Below, piece after piece: positions 1 to 8,261 of a stretch of DNA of 64,000 nt; positions within the stretch are counted from its first letter, which is position 1; each line of letters begins with the position of its first letter. Source of the stretch: a virus; the IMG/VR virus record IMGVR_UViG_3300017783_000007, positions 14,496 to 78,495 of that record. One strand, given 5' to 3'. The translations under genes were made by a program, and so were the position numbers. The notes under the pieces are model-generated. The model saw only the letters and a list, made by a program, of their open reading frames with translations. It was not told the DNA's origin and did no database searches.

Positions 1-177
1 CCGATTAACAATGAACCTCTTCTTACTCAGCTTATTGGCAGAGTAATAAGAAAAGAAGAGGGCAAGAGAGATCCTGTAGTAATAGACATACATTTAAAGG
101 GGAATACTGCCAAAAAGCAGGCTTCTAATAGGATGGGTCATTATATGAAACAGGGTTATTCAATAAAGCAACTATAA
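1..177 (+). CDS. C-terminal end of SF2 helicase (T5 D10-like), truncated by the window
   Basis: Frame 1 reads PINNEPLLTQLIGRVIRKEEGKRDPVVIDIHLKG...KQL*. QxxGRxxR is helicase motif VI. It lies upstream of D11-D15 homologues as in T5. Confidence 0.85.
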   Translation, partial: PINNEPLLTQLIGRVIRKEEGKRDPVVIDIHLKGNTAKKQASNRMGHYMKQGYSIKQL

Positions 178-217
178 AAAAATAGTTCTTGACTTCAACC
201 TCACATTTTAGTATAAT
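176..217 (+). promoter_or_regulatory. sigma70-type promoter with A-rich upstream element
   Basis: AAAAAAATAGTTC-TTGACT (189-194), 17 nt spacer, TATAAT (212-217). Same motif as five minus-strand promoters in this window. Confidence 0.85.
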
Positions 218-219
218 AT

Positions 220-627
220 ATGTTCTTATTTGACTGGACGAAAATCTACATAGAGAGCGATGGCAACGTCGTGGAAACTGTGCGCATTTTGCGTATGCTT
301 GTCGAAAGACAAATACCTAGAAATCGCAAAGACCCTATCTATGGATATTCGCAGAAAAACTTTTCTGGGCGCAGCTTCCTGCTGCATCCTGACGTCCTTC
401 TATACCATTCTTATAAGTACACGTATCGTGAAGTAGCCCAATACATTGCGTTGGCTGCCTTGCGTTCGTACGCTGATTATATTAGCAACCAAAAAATAAC
501 CCTTGACCTCGTGTTTATGCCCGGGGATCAAGGACTATCAATTATAGAAAATAATAGGCTACTTTATTTAGAGGATGACCAAGTTCATTTTCTTTACGAA
601 GAAGTCAACAATATGGAGATACATTAA
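220..627 (+). CDS. Hypothetical protein between D10 and D11 homologues
   Basis: 135 aa ORF abutting the next start (TAA-ATG). T5-like phages also have an ORF in this slot. No recognisable motif. Confidence 0.75.
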   Translation: MFLFDWTKIYIESDGNVVETVRILRMLVERQIPRNRKDPIYGYSQKNFSGRSFLLHPDVLLYHSYKYTYREVAQYIALAALRSYADYISNQKITLDLVFMPGDQGLSIIENNRLLYLEDDQVHFLYEEVNNMEIH

Positions 628-1260
628 ATGGCTATTTCATTTAACCAACAGAAGGGTTCTGCCCAAAAAAGTTCTATCAGTAGCTTTCAGTATACTGATG
701 GAGATAATAAATTTCGCCTGGTAGGGGATATCCTTGCACGGTATGTGTACTGGGTAAAAGGTGAGAATGATAAGAATATTCCTCTCGAATGTCTGTCTTT
801 CGACCGAAACAAAGAAACCTTCAATAACATGGAGAAAGATTGGGTTCGGGAGTATTACCCTGACCTCAAGTGTGGCTGGAGCTATGCTACTCAGTGCATC
901 GACAACGGTCAGGTCAAAGTTGTAAATCTAAAGAAGAAACTGTGGGAGCAAATTATTACTGCCGCAGAAGATTTAGGAGATCCTACTGATCCTGATACTG
1001 GCTGGGATGTTTGCTTTAAGCGAGTAAAGACTGGACCTCTGCCTTACAATGTAGAGTACCAGCTACAAGCATTGAAGTGCAAGCCCCGTGCGTTGGAAGA
1101 TGATGAGCTTTCTTTAATTGCTGAACTTAAGTCTATGGATGAAGTTATGCCTCGTCCTACTCCAGATGCTCAAAAAGAGTTGCTGGATCGCGTCCGTGAT
1201 AATGCTGGCGCAGCTAATGAGATTGATGAAAGCATTGAAGAAGAGTTCAAAATCGGATGA
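628..1260 (+). CDS. Single-stranded DNA-binding protein (T5 D11-like)
   Basis: GGAG SD upstream. Acidic C-terminal tail (EIDESIEEEF). GDPTDPDTGWD...KTGP..NVEY segment and synteny match D11. Confidence 0.8.
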   Translation: MAISFNQQKGSAQKSSISSFQYTDGDNKFRLVGDILARYVYWVKGENDKNIPLECLSFDRNKETFNNMEKDWVREYYPDLKCGWSYATQCIDNGQVKVVNLKKKLWEQIITAAEDLGDPTDPDTGWDVCFKRVKTGPLPYNVEYQLQALKCKPRALEDDELSLIAELKSMDEVMPRPTPDAQKELLDRVRDNAGAANEIDESIEEEFKIG

Positions 1261-2216
1261 TTTTATTTACGGCAGACTGGCATATTAAGCTAGGGCAAAA
1301 GAATGTGCCACGAGAGTGGGCATTAAATCGCTATAATATGTTCTTTGATCAAGTGCATAGCTATTGCAAACAGTGTGACTCCCATATTATTGGGGGAGAC
1401 TTGTTTGATCGTCTGCCTAGTATGGAAGAGCTGGAACTTTACTTTTCGTTTATTCGGAATGTTAAAGTTCCCACCATAATCTACGACGGAAATCATGAAG
1501 CAACAAAGAAGAATAAAACATTCTTCAGTCAGCTAAAGCAAGTCAGCAGGGATATTAACCCTCTGATTCATATAGTTGATGTTTCTTACATTGATGAAGA
1601 TGTAGGTTTTGGTGTACTTCCTTATGCAGATTTGCACAGAAAAGAGAGTATTGAGCGTTTCAACACTTCTCAGCCTTTGTTCACTCATGTTAGAGGAGAG
1701 ATTCCTCCGCATGTAAAGCCAGAGGTAGATTTAGACAGGTTTTCAGAATTTCCCGTAGTGTTTGCAGGTGATCTTCATGCTCACAGCAATACTCAAAGAA
1801 ACATAGTGTACCCTGGAAGCCCGATGACTACTTCCTTTCACAGAAAAGAGGTCTCAACGGGGTGTCTGTTTATTAATGAAAAAGATTGGAGCTGGATATG
1901 GGAGCCTTTTGATCTTCCTCAGCTTATTCGTAAAACAGTCACAAACCCAGAAGATATGATACCTACTGACTATCATCATACTATTTATGAAATAGAGGGT
2001 GATATACAAGAATTGGCCTCTGTAGAAAACTCAGAATTACTGGATAAAAAGGTAATAAAGCGTAACTCGGAGGCATCTTTGGTTATTGATAAAGATATGA
2101 CCATAGAAGAAGAACTAGTAGAGTATCTAACTTATATTCTAGAAATACCAGATAACAAAGTAGCTGACATAGTAGGAACTTATAATGATTACGCTCAAAA
2201 AACTGAAATGGAGTAA
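1257..2216 (+). CDS. SbcD/Mre11-like metallophosphoesterase nuclease (T5 D12-like)
   Basis: Motifs ADWH, GGDLFD, GNHE, GDLH, YPGSP; paired with an SbcC-like ATPase. Confidence 0.92.
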   Translation: MILFTADWHIKLGQKNVPREWALNRYNMFFDQVHSYCKQCDSHIIGGDLFDRLPSMEELELYFSFIRNVKVPTIIYDGNHEATKKNKTFFSQLKQVSRDINPLIHIVDVSYIDEDVGFGVLPYADLHRKESIERFNTSQPLFTHVRGEIPPHVKPEVDLDRFSEFPVVFAGDLHAHSNTQRNIVYPGSPMTTSFHRKEVSTGCLFINEKDWSWIWEPFDLPQLIRKTVTNPEDMIPTDYHHTIYEIEGDIQELASVENSELLDKKVIKRNSEASLVIDKDMTIEEELVEYLTYILEIPDNKVADIVGTYNDYAQKTEME

Positions 2217-3987
2217 CTGCTTCAGCTATGGACCAGATAATGAACTAGATCTGGAAGATAATACAGTAACGCAAATCATTGGTACAAACGGTATGGGGAA
2301 GTCCTCCATACCGTTAATCATTGAGGAAGTTTTGTATAATAAGAACTCTAAAGGAATCAAGAAAGCAGATATCCCAAATCGCTATATCAATAACGGATAT
2401 AGTATAGAACTTAGCTTTGAGAAAGACGGTAATGAGTATCGTATTGGCGTAGACAGAAAAAGCAATATCAAAGTAAAGCTGGAAAAGGACGGAGAAGATA
2501 TTTCTAGTCATACAGCTACAAATACGTATAAGAGTATTCAAGAAGTTATTGGTATTGACTTTAAAACATTCTCGCAGCTTGTGTACCAAAATACAAATGC
2601 GAGCTTGCAGTTTCTTACAGCCACTGATACTAACAGGAAAAAGTTTTTAATTGATTTACTACACCTTGATAACTATGTCAATTTATTTGAGGTATTTAAA
2701 GAGGCAGCAAAGGAGTCTAACTCTAGGATTGTCGAGGTAAACTCAGAAATTGCAACAATTGAAAAATGGTTACAAAATAATAAATTAGATAGTACGATAG
2801 TACTGCCCTTGTTAGATTTTGAAATTGATACGGAAGAAGATGAGAAAACTTTCCGTTCTCTATCAGTAGAACTTGAAAATATCTCTGAAAAAAATAAAAA
2901 AATCTTACAAAACAATCAATATAAAAATATGCTGTCCAGCATAGATATTAACCAGGTGCAGACTGCTTTACATCAGTTGCCCCCTGCTGAGTCATATGAT
3001 AAGTATCAGAGCGACTTAGGGCAGCTAAATGCAGGAATAAAGTCCGCTAACAGCATGTTAGACAAGCTGTTAAGGCTAGAGGATAAGTGTCCTACCTGTG
3101 AGCAGGATATTGATGCAGAGTTTAAGAATGAGTTAGTGCAGTCCGAAAAGACTAAGCTAGCTAAATTAGATAGCGATAAAGACTTTAACGAAGACATGAT
3201 ACGGCAGATAAAAAGAAACAATAATTCTAGGCTTAATTTATCTAAAGCACAAAAGGAGTGGGAAGACCTTTATAGAGGTATAGACAACTCTTTGCCAAAT
3301 CAAATATTAGACAAAAAAGAATTGTCGGATAACTTGGCAGAGCTTAAAACTAAGCTAGTAGCAGCAAAAGCAGAGCTAGCTAAGATTGCAAAAGAAAATG
3401 AAGCTAGAACTAGATCTAATACTCGTATCGAAATAATTCAAGCCCAAACAGATGGCTTTTTAGATAACTTAAAAAAATCTCAGCAAATACTAGAAGAACA
3501 ACGGCAGTTGGATTCTAATTTGGATGTACTTAAAAAAGCATTCAGTACGAATGGATTACTAGCGTATAAAATAGAAAATCTTGTAAAGGAATTAGAAGAG
3601 CTAGCTAACACGTACCTTGCAGAGCTATCCGATGGGCGTTTTACACTACAATTTATTGTTTCAAACGATAAGCTAAATGTACAGATAACCGATAATGAAA
3701 ATGTAGTAGATATTCTAGCACTTTCCTCAGGTGAGCTAGCTAGAGTAAATACTGCCACTCTCATAGCGATTAGAAAGCTGATGAGCAGCATCTCTAAATC
3801 TAGAATTAATATCCTATTTTTAGATGAAGTTATTAATGTACTGGATGACACAGGTCGGGAGAAGCTAGTAGAGGTTTTGCTCACGGAAGAGCTGAATACT
3901 TATGTAGTTTCTCACGGCTGGACTCATCCCTTGCTCGAAAAAATTGAAGTAGTAAAACAAGGCAACGTAAGTGCATTAGACAAGTAG
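2185..3987 (+). CDS. SbcC/Rad50-like ABC ATPase (T5 D13-like)
   Basis: Walker A GTNGMGKS, coiled coil with CPTC zinc hook, signature LSSGE, Walker B LFLDE, H-loop VVSH. Confidence 0.93.
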   Translation: MITLKKLKWSNCFSYGPDNELDLEDNTVTQIIGTNGMGKSSIPLIIEEVLYNKNSKGIKKADIPNRYINNGYSIELSFEKDGNEYRIGVDRKSNIKVKLEKDGEDISSHTATNTYKSIQEVIGIDFKTFSQLVYQNTNASLQFLTATDTNRKKFLIDLLHLDNYVNLFEVFKEAAKESNSRIVEVNSEIATIEKWLQNNKLDSTIVLPLLDFEIDTEEDEKTFRSLSVELENISEKNKKILQNNQYKNMLSSIDINQVQTALHQLPPAESYDKYQSDLGQLNAGIKSANSMLDKLLRLEDKCPTCEQDIDAEFKNELVQSEKTKLAKLDSDKDFNEDMIRQIKRNNNSRLNLSKAQKEWEDLYRGIDNSLPNQILDKKELSDNLAELKTKLVAAKAELAKIAKENEARTRSNTRIEIIQAQTDGFLDNLKKSQQILEEQRQLDSNLDVLKKAFSTNGLLAYKIENLVKELEELANTYLAELSDGRFTLQFIVSNDKLNVQITDNENVVDILALSSGELARVNTATLIAIRKLMSSISKSRINILFLDEVINVLDDTGREKLVEVLLTEELNTYVVSHGWTHPLLEKIEVVKQGNVSALDK

Positions 3988-3988
3988 T

Positions 3989-4435
3989 ATGGTTGATTCA
4001 AGAGCAAAAGGTGCTAGAGGTGAGTATATTGTAAGAGATATGCTTAGAGAATACACTGATCTTCAGTTCGAGAGAGTGCCTAATTCAGGCGCTCTTGAGT
4101 ACTTAAAAGGTGATCTTTATGTACCCCACGAGAAAAACAGATTCTGCATAGAAGTAAAAAACTATGCAGAGTCTCCCTTAACAGATAGAATATTTACAGC
4201 ACCTAAAACTAACAACCTAATTAAGTGGTGGAAAAAACTAAAAGAGCAAGCAACGGGAGGTAATCAAGAGCCCCTGCTATTTTTTAAGTATAATAGATCC
4301 CCTGTATTTGTAGTTACCGAAGAAAAACCAGTGACTACCCTACAATACATGCAGATTAAGTTTTTGGATTGTTATGTTCTACTAGCCGAAGACTGGCTAA
4401 AAACAGAAGAAATGGATTTTTTATATGGCGTTTAA
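3989..4435 (+). CDS. Holliday junction resolvase-like PD-(D/E)xK nuclease (T5 D14-like)
   Basis: SRAKGARGE N-terminus, GD...IEVK motif; lies between D13 and D15 homologues. Confidence 0.85.
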   Translation: MVDSRAKGARGEYIVRDMLREYTDLQFERVPNSGALEYLKGDLYVPHEKNRFCIEVKNYAESPLTDRIFTAPKTNNLIKWWKKLKEQATGGNQEPLLFFKYNRSPVFVVTEEKPVTTLQYMQIKFLDCYVLLAEDWLKTEEMDFLYGV

Positions 4436-5264
4436 TTTTTCAGAGAAAGTAAATAATAAAAATCCAAATTGTGCATTAATAGTAGACGCACTTAATTTAG
4501 CTTTTAGATGGAAGCACCAAGGTCGAACAGACTTCCGGTATGAATACCAGCGAACTGTAGAGTCCTTAGCTCGCTCTTATGATTGTGAAAAAATTATAAT
4601 GACGGCAGACTGGGGCTCTTCTAGCTACAGAAAACAAATTAGTCCTGACTATAAACAGAATAGAAAGGATAAGTTCGCAGATCAATCCGAGGAGGAAAAG
4701 ATAGCGTTTGAAGAGTTTTTTGAAGAATATGAAGAGTCTTTAGCTTTATTAAAAGAAGAATACCCCCTACTACGATTTAGGGGGGTGGAGGCTGATGATA
4801 TAGCGGCCCATCTGGTTAAAGAAAGGGAGCGATACGGTTTGGAGTATATTTGGTTAATTTCCAGTGACCGAGACTGGGATTTACTAATACAAGAGAATGT
4901 AGGAAGATTTTCCTATGTAACTCGAAAAGAAGTGACGTTAGAAAACTGGAGTACACACTATGATGTAACCCCAGAAGAGTATATTTCACTGAAGTGCCTT
5001 ACTGGAGATAAAGGGGATAATGTTCCTGGTATTCCAGGTATTGGACCAAAAAGAGCGTTGGGGTTAATTAAGGAGTATGGAGATGCCTTAAATATTTATG
5101 ATGCTTGCCCTATCCCAGGGAGGTATAAATATATTGAGTCATTGAATGAAAATTATGAGCAAATAGCCCAAAATTACGAATTGATGGATTTAATTACATA
5201 TTGCGATGATGCAATTGGGGCTGATAATATATCAGAAATAAGGAGTTTGCTCGATGCAGCTTAG
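4425..5264 (+). CDS. 5'-3' exonuclease / flap endonuclease (T5 D15-like)
   Basis: IVDALN, YKQNR, EADD, SSDRD, GDKGDNVPGIPGIGPK helix-3-turn-helix motif. Confidence 0.95.
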   Translation: MAFNFSEKVNNKNPNCALIVDALNLAFRWKHQGRTDFRYEYQRTVESLARSYDCEKIIMTADWGSSSYRKQISPDYKQNRKDKFADQSEEEKIAFEEFFEEYEESLALLKEEYPLLRFRGVEADDIAAHLVKERERYGLEYIWLISSDRDWDLLIQENVGRFSYVTRKEVTLENWSTHYDVTPEEYISLKCLTGDKGDNVPGIPGIGPKRALGLIKEYGDALNIYDACPIPGRYKYIESLNENYEQIAQNYELMDLITYCDDAIGADNISEIRSLLDAA

Positions 5265-7023
5265 TTATAATAGAGATAAGTATCTTTCTGAATTTAGTAT
5301 AAAAACTTTGGAAGATAGATATTTAGTAGATGGAGAGTCTTCTCCTCAAGATGCATTTGCTCGCGCTGCCAAAGCATTCGCAGATAATGATGCACACGCG
5401 CAGAGATTATATGACTACGCTAGTAAGCTGTGGTTTATGTTTTCTACGCCTATTCTATCGAATGGGGGTACAAAAAGAGGTATGCCTATCAGTTGCTTTC
5501 TGAACTATGTTGATGATAGTAGAGAGGGTATTACCGATCATTATACCGAGAACGCATATCTATCTTCAGTAGGTGGCGGAGTCGGCGGATGTTGGAACGG
5601 GGTCCGGAGTGTAGGCTCGAAAACGAGCAACGGCTCCGAAAGCACGGGAGTAATTCCGTTTCTAAAAGTAGTGGATGCTGAAATGCTAGCATTCTCACAG
5701 GGTGTAACACGAAGAGGAAGCTATGCAGCATATCTTGACATCTCTCACCCAGAAATTGAAGAGTTTCTGGATATTCGTAAACCTACAGGTGGTGATATTA
5801 ACAGAAAGTCTGTTAATCTTCATCATGGCGTCCTTATATCTGACAAATTTATGGAATTGATTGAGAATGCTACGCGCTATGAAGGTTTTGATGATTCTTG
5901 GGATCTAGTAGACCCACATTCTGGTAAAGTTACGAAAACTGTATCTGCAAAGACACTTTGGGTAAAACTTATTCAAAATCGAGTGGAAACAGGAGAACCT
6001 TACATAATGTTCAGTGATACTGTAGAAGAGGGTTTACCAGAGTTTCAACAGAATTTAGGACTAAGTGTTCATCACTCAAATCTATGTTCAGAGATTACAC
6101 TTGCTACAGATAAGGACCGCACAGCGGTATGCTGTCTGTCTAGTGTAAATCTGGAAGAGTACGATGAGTGGAAAAATGAGCCTAATTTTATTCCTGATCT
6201 AATTCGTATGCTAGACAACGTTATTGAATACTTTGTGCACCATGCTCCAGACCAGCTATCTCGTGCTAAATTTAGTGCGATGAGAGAGCGAAGCCTGGGA
6301 TTAGGTGCAATGGGGTTTCATGCTCACCTTCAACGTCATAGTATTCCATTTGAGAGTGCCATGGCAAAAGGTAGAAACTTACAGATGTTTCAGCATATTA
6401 AATCGGAGGCAGTACGTGCAACAAGACAGCTTGCTGAAGAGCGAGGCGAGTGCCCTGACGGAGAAGGCTATGGTGTGCGTAACGCTCATCTTTTGGCTAT
6501 CGCTCCTAATGCCAGTAGTAGTATTATCTGTGGTAATACTTCTCCTTCAATTGAGCCTTATAGGGCTAACGCTTTTACTCAGAAAACTAAAAGTGGCTCT
6601 AGTCTACTTAAAAACGAGTATCTTGAAAATGTTTTACAAGACTTAGACCAAGATACGGAAGAAGTATGGAAGAGTATTGTAACCAATGGTGGTTCAGTAC
6701 AACATCTAGACTTTTTAGATGATTGGAATAAAGATGTATTTAAAACGGCTGTTGAGCTAGACCAACGATGGGTAATCGAAATGGCAGCAGACAGACAAGA
6801 GTATATTTGCCAGAGTCAATCGCTAAATGTATTCTTTCCTGCAAATGTATCTAAACAGGAACTTCACGCCACTCATATGATGGCTTGGAAAAGAGGAGTG
6901 AAAACTCTTTACTATCTACGCAGCGAGGCGTATAAGAGAGCGGAAAACGTTTCAGACGAAGCTCTGCGAAGACAAATCTTTGAAAGTATTGACGACGATG
7001 GTTGTCTGGCGTGTGAGGGATAA
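5254..7023 (+). CDS. nrdA: Class I ribonucleotide reductase alpha subunit, short form without ATP cone
   Basis: STP, ISCF, NLCSE active-site loop, APNASSS, LYY tyrosine pair, C-terminal CLAC redox pair. 589 aa with no N-terminal ATP cone. Confidence 0.96.
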   Translation: MQLSYNRDKYLSEFSIKTLEDRYLVDGESSPQDAFARAAKAFADNDAHAQRLYDYASKLWFMFSTPILSNGGTKRGMPISCFLNYVDDSREGITDHYTENAYLSSVGGGVGGCWNGVRSVGSKTSNGSESTGVIPFLKVVDAEMLAFSQGVTRRGSYAAYLDISHPEIEEFLDIRKPTGGDINRKSVNLHHGVLISDKFMELIENATRYEGFDDSWDLVDPHSGKVTKTVSAKTLWVKLIQNRVETGEPYIMFSDTVEEGLPEFQQNLGLSVHHSNLCSEITLATDKDRTAVCCLSSVNLEEYDEWKNEPNFIPDLIRMLDNVIEYFVHHAPDQLSRAKFSAMRERSLGLGAMGFHAHLQRHSIPFESAMAKGRNLQMFQHIKSEAVRATRQLAEERGECPDGEGYGVRNAHLLAIAPNASSSIICGNTSPSIEPYRANAFTQKTKSGSSLLKNEYLENVLQDLDQDTEEVWKSIVTNGGSVQHLDFLDDWNKDVFKTAVELDQRWVIEMAADRQEYICQSQSLNVFFPANVSKQELHATHMMAWKRGVKTLYYLRSEAYKRAENVSDEALRRQIFESIDDDGCLACEG

Positions 7024-7024
7024 A

Positions 7025-7984
7025 ATGGACTTATTGACAGAAAGAGAATACTACAAACCTTTTAACTATCCGTGGGCTTTTGAGCACTATAAAACTCAAC
7101 AGCACATGCATTGGCTTCCTGATGAGGTCAATCTAGCGGATGATCTAAAGGACTATAGGGAGAAAATGAGTGATGGAAACCGAAGACTGCTTTCGAGCAT
7201 CTTTCGTTTCTTTACTCAAGCTGATGTAGATGTATGTTGTGGATATGCAAAGCACTATCTACCTACGTTTAAGCAGCCAGAGGTGCGAATGATGCTATCT
7301 GCGTTTGCTGCTATGGAGGCAGTACACCAGGAAGCATATTCGTTGCTTTTGGAAACACTTGGGTTCGGAGATGATGAATATCAAAAATTCTTTGAGCACA
7401 AAGCTATGCTTGATAAGCATGAGCATTTAAGTAACTTTGGAATGGATACACCTATGGATATTGCAAAAACCATGGCTATCTATTCTGGATTTACTGAGGG
7501 AGTACAGTTATTTAGTAGCTTTGCTATTCTACTGAATTTTCCTCGCCATAACTTGATGAAAGGTATGGGACAAATTGTTACATGGTCAATTCGCGACGAG
7601 ACCCTTCATGTTGAAGGAATGTCACAATTGTTTAGAACTTTTATACAAGAGAATCCTGAGTTATGGAATGACGATCTAAAATATGAGATTTACTGTGCCG
7701 CAGAGCGAACAGTAGAACTAGAAGATGCATTTATTGATTTATGCTTTGAAGGTGCTGATGTACCTGAGCTTACAGCAGATGAAGTAAAGGCATACATTCG
7801 TTATATTGCAGATCGAAGACTCCTAGGACTGGGAATGAAAAAGATCTTTTCAAGCGAAGAAAATCCTCTTCCTTGGCTAGATTATATGTTGAATGGCGTA
7901 GAACACGCTAATTTTTTCGAGAACCGTGCCACTGAGTACTCGCGCGCTAGTACTACAGGTAATTGGCAAGATATTTTTAAATAA
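7025..7984 (+). CDS. nrdB: Class Ia ribonucleotide reductase beta subunit
   Basis: FFTQAD, EAVHQEAY (radical Tyr), EG, DETLH, NFFE. The likely start is ATG 7025, just after the nrdA stop with GAGGG upstream, rather than TTG 6980. Confidence 0.96.
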   Translation: MDLLTEREYYKPFNYPWAFEHYKTQQHMHWLPDEVNLADDLKDYREKMSDGNRRLLSSIFRFFTQADVDVCCGYAKHYLPTFKQPEVRMMLSAFAAMEAVHQEAYSLLLETLGFGDDEYQKFFEHKAMLDKHEHLSNFGMDTPMDIAKTMAIYSGFTEGVQLFSSFAILLNFPRHNLMKGMGQIVTWSIRDETLHVEGMSQLFRTFIQENPELWNDDLKYEIYCAAERTVELEDAFIDLCFEGADVPELTADEVKAYIRYIADRRLLGLGMKKIFSSEENPLPWLDYMLNGVEHANFFENRATEYSRASTTGNWQDIFK

Positions 7985-7995
7985 GGAACCTTATT

Positions 7996-8217
7996 ATGGC
8001 TGAAGTTGATCAAACTGAAGAAAATCCTGTATTAACCTTCAATGGGACAGAGTATCCTATTGCAGATCTTACAGACGAGCAAAAATACCTTGTAAATCAA
8101 ATTCAAGATATTGAATCTCAGTTATCTCCTCTAAGAGCAAAAACCCATCAGCTCACTAGAGCAAAAGATGGATTTGTAACAGATCTAGATGTTTCATTAA
8201 CACCTGGAGAGGAGTAA
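7996..8217 (+). CDS. Small hypothetical protein (beta-hairpin + coiled coil; resembles DUF6447)
   Basis: AAGGA SD; LTFNGTEYPIADLTDEQK followed by a heptad helix. Family resemblance is by eye. Confidence 0.7.
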   Translation: MAEVDQTEENPVLTFNGTEYPIADLTDEQKYLVNQIQDIESQLSPLRAKTHQLTRAKDGFVTDLDVSLTPGEE

Positions 8218-8244
8218 AAAGAAAGGGGCTTAGGCCCCTTTTTT
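8216..8244. terminator. Bidirectional intrinsic terminator between convergent replication and morphogenesis operons
   Basis: A-rich run, AAGGGGC-TTAG-GCCCCTT hairpin, T-run; sits between convergent stop codons. Confidence 0.9.
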
Positions 8245-8261
8245 ATTACCATTTTACTTCC

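Noticed and set aside
2314-6646. Antisense or alternate-frame ORFs inside D13-like and nrdA genes
   Set aside because: Fully nested in well-supported genes, with no motifs or initiation signals.
6980-7024. N-terminal extension of nrdB from TTG 6980
   Set aside because: Overlaps the nrdA C-terminal CxxC coding region; ATG 7025 has an SD and fits the typical protein start.
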